DNA of 64,000 nucleotides from Spongiactinospora sp. TRM90649 (GTDB lineage Bacteria; Actinomycetota; Actinomycetes; Streptosporangiales; Streptosporangiaceae): NCBI RefSeq assembly GCF_029382225.1, contig NZ_JARLTC010000013.1, positions 78,657 to 142,656 of the forward strand, read 5' to 3'. Shown piece by piece: positions 59,834 to 64,000 of this stretch (position 1 is its first letter; each line of letters starts with the position of its first letter). The notes under the pieces were generated by a model. It saw only the letters and a program-made list of their open reading frames with translations, ran no database searches and was not told where the DNA came from. The position numbers and the translations under genes were made by a program.

Positions 59834-60036
59834 GTGCCGCCCCCGTCTCCGCCGCGCCTCGCGTCTCCCCTCCGCCCTCGACGATAACCACGATCACCCC
59901 GCGTGAGAGCGAAGTCATCGAAAAGTCGGAACTCCAGACCCGAGGCGCCGGACGGCACGCGCGGCACAATCGTTCAAGACCGGCGCCGGTCCGCTCGGCT
60001 ACAACGATTACCTACCGAAGATCGGAGGCCGGGCGA

Positions 60037-60933
60037 ATGGGCGTGGGATTCATCGGACTGGGGATCATGGGATCGCCCATGGCGGTCAACCTGGCCCGCG
60101 CGGGCACTCCGCTCGCCGTCTGGAACCGCACGGCCGCCAGGTGCGAGCCGGCGCGCTCGGCCGGGGCGGCGGTCGCGGGCGGGCCCGCCGAGGTCTTCGC
60201 GCGCTCGCGGGTGGTGATGCTGATGCTGGCGGACGACGCGTCGATCGACGCGGTGCTCGGGCGCGGCACGCCGGAGTTCGCGGCGAAGGTGGCGGGGCGG
60301 ATCGTGGTCCACATGGGCACCACGTCGCCCGCGTACTCGGCGGGGCTCGGCTCCGCCGTCCGCGCCGCCGGGGGCGAGTACGCCGAGGCCCCCGTGTCGG
60401 GGTCGCGCGACCCGGCTGTGGCCGGGCAGCTCGTGGCGATGCTCGCGGGCGAACCCGCCGTGACCGACGAGGTACGGCCGCTGCTCGCCCCGATGTGCCG
60501 CGAGACGATCGCGTGCGGCGCGGTGCCCGGCGGGTCGCTGATGAAGCTGGCGGTCAACACGTTCCTGATCACCATGGTCACCGGCCTGGCGGAGGCCTCG
60601 CACTTCGCCGCGCGGCACGGCCTGGACCTGGAACGGTTCCGGCACGTCCTCGACTCCGGACCGATGGCCAGCGCCGTGTCGCGGGTGAAGGTCCGCAAGC
60701 TGGTGGAACACGACTTCGCGGCCCAGGCTGCCATCGCCGACGTCCTGAAGAACAACCGGCTCGTCGCCGAGGCGGCGCGGACCGGGGCCATCGCCTCGCC
60801 GCTGATCGACGTGTGTCACGCCCTGTTCACCGAGACACTGGAACTCGGCCACGCCGAACTGGACATGGCCGCGGTGGTCCACGCCATCGAGGCCAGGACC
60901 GCCGCCATCGTGAAGGAGGCCGCGGACGCATGA
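60037..60933 (+). CDS. NAD(P)-dependent oxidoreductase of the 3-hydroxyisobutyrate dehydrogenase family
   Basis: Dinucleotide fold [22 protein letters not shown]-like catalytic region. 298 aa. Confidence 0.8.
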   Translation: MGVGFIGLGIMGSPMAVNLARAGTPLAVWNRTAARCEPARSAGAAVAGGPAEVFARSRVVMLMLADDASIDAVLGRGTPEFAAKVAGRIVVHMGTTSPAYSAGLGSAVRAAGGEYAEAPVSGSRDPAVAGQLVAMLAGEPAVTDEVRPLLAPMCRETIACGAVPGGSLMKLAVNTFLITMVTGLAEASHFAARHGLDLERFRHVLDSGPMASAVSRVKVRKLVEHDFAAQAAIADVLKNNRLVAEAARTGAIASPLIDVCHALFTETLELGHAELDMAAVVHAIEARTAAIVKEAADA

Positions 60934-61646
60934 CCGTGATCGTCACCGGTGGTTCCCGGGGGATCGGCAGAAGCGTCGTCGAACGCCTGTGCGCGGACGG
61001 CGTCGCCGTCCTGTTCACCCACTCCGCCTCCGACGACGAGGCCCGCGAGGTGGAGGACCGGCTCGGCCCGCTCGCCCGTGGCGTCCGCCTCGACGTCACC
61101 GCGCAGGACGCCCCCGGCCGCCTGTTCGACCTCGCCGAGTCGTCCGGTGAGGTCACCGGCCTGGTCAACAACGCGGGGGTCACCGGCAGGCTCGGCCCCA
61201 TCGTCGGCCTGAGCGACGACGACCTGCGACGCGTCGTCGAGGTCAACCTGATCGGCCCGATCCGCCTGTGCCGCGAGGCGGCCCGCCGCTGGAAGGGCCG
61301 GAACGGGAAGTCGATCGTCACGGTCTCCTCGGTCGCGGCCCGCACCGGCTCCCCCGGCGAGTACGTCGCCTACGCGGCCACCAAGGCGGCGGTCGAGACC
61401 ATGACGGTCGGCCTGGCCAAGGAACTGGCCCCAGGGGTCCGCGTCAACGCGGTCTCGCCGGGCACCATCGACACCACCATCCACGCCCGCGCCGGAGAAC
61501 CCGGCCGGGCCTGGCGGGTGGCCGAGCGAATCCCGCTGGCCCGGCCCGGCAAGCCCGCCGAGATCGCCGAAGCCGTCACCTGGCTCCTCTCCGGCCACGC
61601 CTCCTACATCACCGGCGCGATCCTCGACGTCTCCGGCGGCCTGTGA
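60930..61646 (+). CDS. SDR-family oxidoreductase
   Basis: TGGSRGIG cofactor motif, NNAG, YxxxK ([10 protein letters not shown]). The ATG overlaps the upstream stop (ATGA). Confidence 0.85.
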   Translation: MTVIVTGGSRGIGRSVVERLCADGVAVLFTHSASDDEAREVEDRLGPLARGVRLDVTAQDAPGRLFDLAESSGEVTGLVNNAGVTGRLGPIVGLSDDDLRRVVEVNLIGPIRLCREAARRWKGRNGKSIVTVSSVAARTGSPGEYVAYAATKAAVETMTVGLAKELAPGVRVNAVSPGTIDTTIHARAGEPGRAWRVAERIPLARPGKPAEIAEAVTWLLSGHASYITGAILDVSGGL

Positions 61647-61657
61647 TCGGCGCACAA

Positions 61658-61717
61658 GCCGGTGCTCAGGTCAGTGCTCAGGTCAGTGCTCATGTCGGCG
61701 CTCATGTCGGCGCTCAT
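61658..61717. repeat. tandem array of ~5 imperfect 12-bp repeats (GTCAGTGCTCAG/GTCGGCGCTCAT)
   Basis: Seen directly. It fills the convergent intergenic gap between the SDR and AraC genes. The AraC stop codon lies inside the last unit. Confidence 0.6.
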
Positions 61718-62535
61718 GTCAGGGCCGCGGTCCATTCGCCCGGGGTGAGGCCGTAGGCGCGGCGGAACATGCGGGTCATGTGGCTCTGGTCGGCGAAGCC
61801 CGCCGCGAGGGCGGCGTCGCGGAGCGGCGTGCCGTCGCGGAGGGTCCGGCGGACCAGGTCGAGGCGTCGCATGGTCCGGTAGCGGGTCGGGCTGGTGCCG
61901 AAGGCGGCCCGGAACTGGCGGGCGATGGTCCACCGGGACAGGCCGGACACCCGCTCGAAGGCGCTCACCGGGTGGACGGTGGCCGGGTCGGCGGCGATCA
62001 TCTCGCGCACCCGCGATAGTGCCCCGACCGCCAGGGCGGGTGACGGCGCCCGCCCCGGGGGCGTGTCGGCGTGCCGTACCAGGGCATCGGCGACCAGCAC
62101 CGCCAGTTCCACCCGCTCCAGTTCCGCCAGCGGCTCGTCCATCCGCCGCAGCGACGCCGCCAGCGACGGGCCGATCCCCTCGGGCCGCACCACCGGATCC
62201 GCCACGAACGGCAACGGCCTCCCGCCCAGCGCCCGCTGCACCAGCGCCGGATCGACGTACAGGATCCGGTACCCGAACCCCTCGTCCGTCCCGGCCGCCC
62301 CGTCGTGCACCTCGTCGGGATGCAGCACATGCCACTCCCCCGGCAGGCACACCCGCCCCTCCCCCCGGTACCGGAACGTCTGCACCCCCGCCATCGTCAT
62401 CCCGATCGCGTACGTGTCATGCCGATGCGGGGAGAACGCCTCCCCCACCAGCACCGCCTCCATCCGCTCGATCCCGCCGCCCCCGCCCCCGAACCGCAGC
62501 CGCCGCCCGCGCGCGTCGCCCAGGGCGGGCTTCAT
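61714..62535 (-). CDS. AraC-family transcriptional regulator (cupin sensor + HTH)
   Basis: C-terminal AraC HTH (TIARQFRAAFGTSPTRYRTMRRL...GFADQSHMTRMFRRAYGLTPGEW). ATG 62535 overlaps the stop of the upstream kinase gene (ATGA). Confidence 0.8.
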   Translation of the reverse strand: MKPALGDARGRRLRFGGGGGGIERMEAVLVGEAFSPHRHDTYAIGMTMAGVQTFRYRGEGRVCLPGEWHVLHPDEVHDGAAGTDEGFGYRILYVDPALVQRALGGRPLPFVADPVVRPEGIGPSLAASLRRMDEPLAELERVELAVLVADALVRHADTPPGRAPSPALAVGALSRVREMIAADPATVHPVSAFERVSGLSRWTIARQFRAAFGTSPTRYRTMRRLDLVRRTLRDGTPLRDAALAAGFADQSHMTRMFRRAYGLTPGEWTAALT

Positions 62536-64000
62536 CGGCGGGCCTTGGGAAGGTCCGCGTACATGGTGAAGTCGATGTCGCGGGTGTACTCGTTCTCGCC
62601 GTGGCCCTGGTAGCGGAACTGGAGGCGGTCGCCGGCGAGGGTGAGGGTGATGGAGCCGTTGTGGACGCAGTTGCCCTTCATGGTGGCGCGTTTGAGCGTG
62701 GCCGTGCCGCCCTTGACGCTGATCAGGCGGGAGGTGGCGACGCAGCGGTATTCGAGGTAGCGCTCGGTGATCTTGGTGCCGCCCGCCGAGATCTCGACGC
62801 GGAGTTCGTCGGTCGCGCCCGGCTCGTACTTGACGCGGCCCTGCCATGCTCCGGCGAACGATGCCGGGAAGGTACGGCGGACGGCCGGGGTCGGCGTCGG
62901 GGTGGGCGTGGGCGTGGGCGTGAGGGTCGGCGTCGGGGTGGGGGTCGCGGTGAGGCTGGTCGAGAGTGTGGGGGCGGGGGTCGGGCGGGTCGCGGTGGCG
63001 TCGGGCGGGAGGACGATGGCGGCGATGGTCGCGGCGATCGCGAGGGCCACGACGGCGGCGCCGATGAGGAGCCGCCGGGCGCCGCGACGCTGTCTGGACG
63101 GCGGGACGGTACCCCCATCGGTGCCCCAGTCGGGGGCGCGGCCGGAGTCGGACGGCGCGGCCAGACCCCCGGCGGGCACCGGGTAGCCCACCGGAGCCGG
63201 AGGCGGGGCCAGGTGGACCGGCCTGCCGCTCGGCGGCGGCGGGGGCCACGCGGACCGCGTGCCCGTGGGCGCGGTCGGCCCTTGGAGCCTGCCCATCCCG
63301 GACGGCGAGGTCGGCCCGGACGACCGCTCTACCGGTGGCACCGGAGGCGCGGCCCGGCCGGCAGCGGCGACGGGCGAGGACGGGCCCAGCAGGCGGAGGC
63401 AGATCTCCACCATGGTGGGACGCCTGGAGGGGTCCTTGGCCAGGGCGGCGGACACGATGGAATGGAGGGGTTCCTCCAGGACGGACAGGTCGGGCTCGGC
63501 GGTGAGGATGCGGTGCATCACCGCCGGGATGGCGTCGCTGCCGAACGGGGCCCGGCCCGTGGCCGCGTACAGCATCACGCAGCCCCAGGCGAAGACGTCC
63601 GTGGGCGGGCCCGCCTGTTCGCCGGCGAACTGCTCGGGCGCCATGAAGCTGGGCGTGCCCACGATCTGGCTGGTCAGGGTGGCGGCGTCGGACTGGGAGC
63701 GGGCGATGCCGAAGTCGATCACCCGCGCGCCGTCCGGGCCGAGCAGCACGTTGGCGGGCTTGAAGTCGCGGTGGACGACCCCGGCCTCGTGCACCGCCGC
63801 GAGGGCCGTGGCCGTGGCGACGGCGACGCGGAGCAGGTCGGCGCCGGAGCGGGCGCCCACCTGGGCCAGGGAGGGACCGGCGACGTACTCGGAGACCAGG
63901 TACGGCGGGTCGCCCAGCGGGTCGGCGTCCACGATGCGGGCCACGCAGAACGGCGCGACCCGCCTGGCCGCCTCGATCTCTCTGACCAGGCGTTCCCTGG
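62532..64000 (-). CDS. Ser/Thr protein kinase with TM and Thr/Pro-repeat extracytoplasmic C-terminal domain (N-terminus beyond window end)
   Basis: Kinase subdomains HRDFKPANVLL, DFGIARS, GTPSFMAPEQ. A TM helix, a TPTPTP linker and a C-terminal ~120-aa domain. The ORF is open at 64000. Confidence 0.85.
   Translation of the reverse strand, partial: RERLVREIEAARRVAPFCVARIVDADPLGDPPYLVSEYVAGPSLAQVGARSGADLLRVAVATATALAAVHEAGVVHRDFKPANVLLGPDGARVIDFGIARSQSDAATLTSQIVGTPSFMAPEQFAGEQAGPPTDVFAWGCVMLYAATGRAPFGSDAIPAVMHRILTAEPDLSVLEEPLHSIVSAALAKDPSRRPTMVEICLRLLGPSSPVAAAGRAAPPVPPVERSSGPTSPSGMGRLQGPTAPTGTRSAWPPPPPSGRPVHLAPPPAPVGYPVPAGGLAAPSDSGRAPDWGTDGGTVPPSRQRRGARRLLIGAAVVALAIAATIAAIVLPPDATATRPTPAPTLSTSLTATPTPTPTLTPTPTPTPTPTPAVRRTFPASFAGAWQGRVKYEPGATDELRVEISAGGTKITERYLEYRCVATSRLISVKGGTATLKRATMKGNCVHNGSITLTLAGDRLQFRYQGHGENEYTRDIDFTMYADLPKARR

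Noticed and set aside
61658-61717. Possible CRISPR array
   Set aside because: The repeats are 12 bp with no spacers. No cas genes lie nearby. It is a simple tandem repeat.

Overview
This is a 64-kb window of high-GC (~72%) actinomycete chromosome, Streptomyces-like or Streptosporangiales-like judging by the secreted PLA2, SARP/AfsR regulators, F420 LLM enzyme and GTG/TTG starts with ATGA/GTGA gene overlaps. It reads as an accessory, decay-rich region. About 55 protein-coding genes are supportable, plus a tRNA-Glu/Asp/Phe cluster and at least five pseudogene remnants: an integrase, an FAD amine-oxidase-like gene, a 2OG-Fe(II) oxygenase, an HTH-STAND-WD40 gene and a P450.

Gene content in order: an MMPL transporter tail and a run of small enzymes and regulators (GNAT, NTF2-like, DUF1905, DHFR-family, alpha/beta hydrolases, a TetR); a GH13 trehalose-synthase-like gene translationally coupled to an F420-dependent LLM oxidoreductase; DUF4386; PaaX; a Tap-type S33 peptidase; then a decayed integrative element next to tRNA-Phe. 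After the tRNAs come a metallophosphoesterase, an MFS transporter, PspC, an ECF sigma factor, a fasciclin protein and an HTTM pair. Next is a catalytic-core-only threonyl-tRNA synthetase paralog, preceded by a Thr-codon leader peptide and a terminator-like hairpin, and followed by a repeat protein and an FAH-family hydratase. An ArsR/SRPBCC pair, a VOC gene and a GH26 lipoprotein follow.

The most interesting locus is at 29.5-34.3 kb. A tandem-TIR plus GUN4-like protein overlaps by ATGA with a membrane protein whose C-terminal half is tentatively SPFH/band-7-like, and a DUF4231 (SLATT-type) membrane protein sits just downstream. I treat this as a candidate, undescribed TIR-based conflict or defense module.

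The rest of the window holds a TetR-P450-ferredoxin unit, a heme peroxidase, a PfkB kinase with an unknown transferase-like partner, and two convergent AfsR-like STAND regulators. A nucleotide-kinase/STPK-WD40 operon follows a P450 remnant. After it come a Streptomyces-type secreted PLA2, a terminator hairpin and a Crp-like site in front of cydAB, a large receptor-like membrane protein, a dehydrogenase/SDR pair, a 12-bp tandem repeat array, an AraC regulator and a partial second STPK.

No CRISPR array or rRNA is present.
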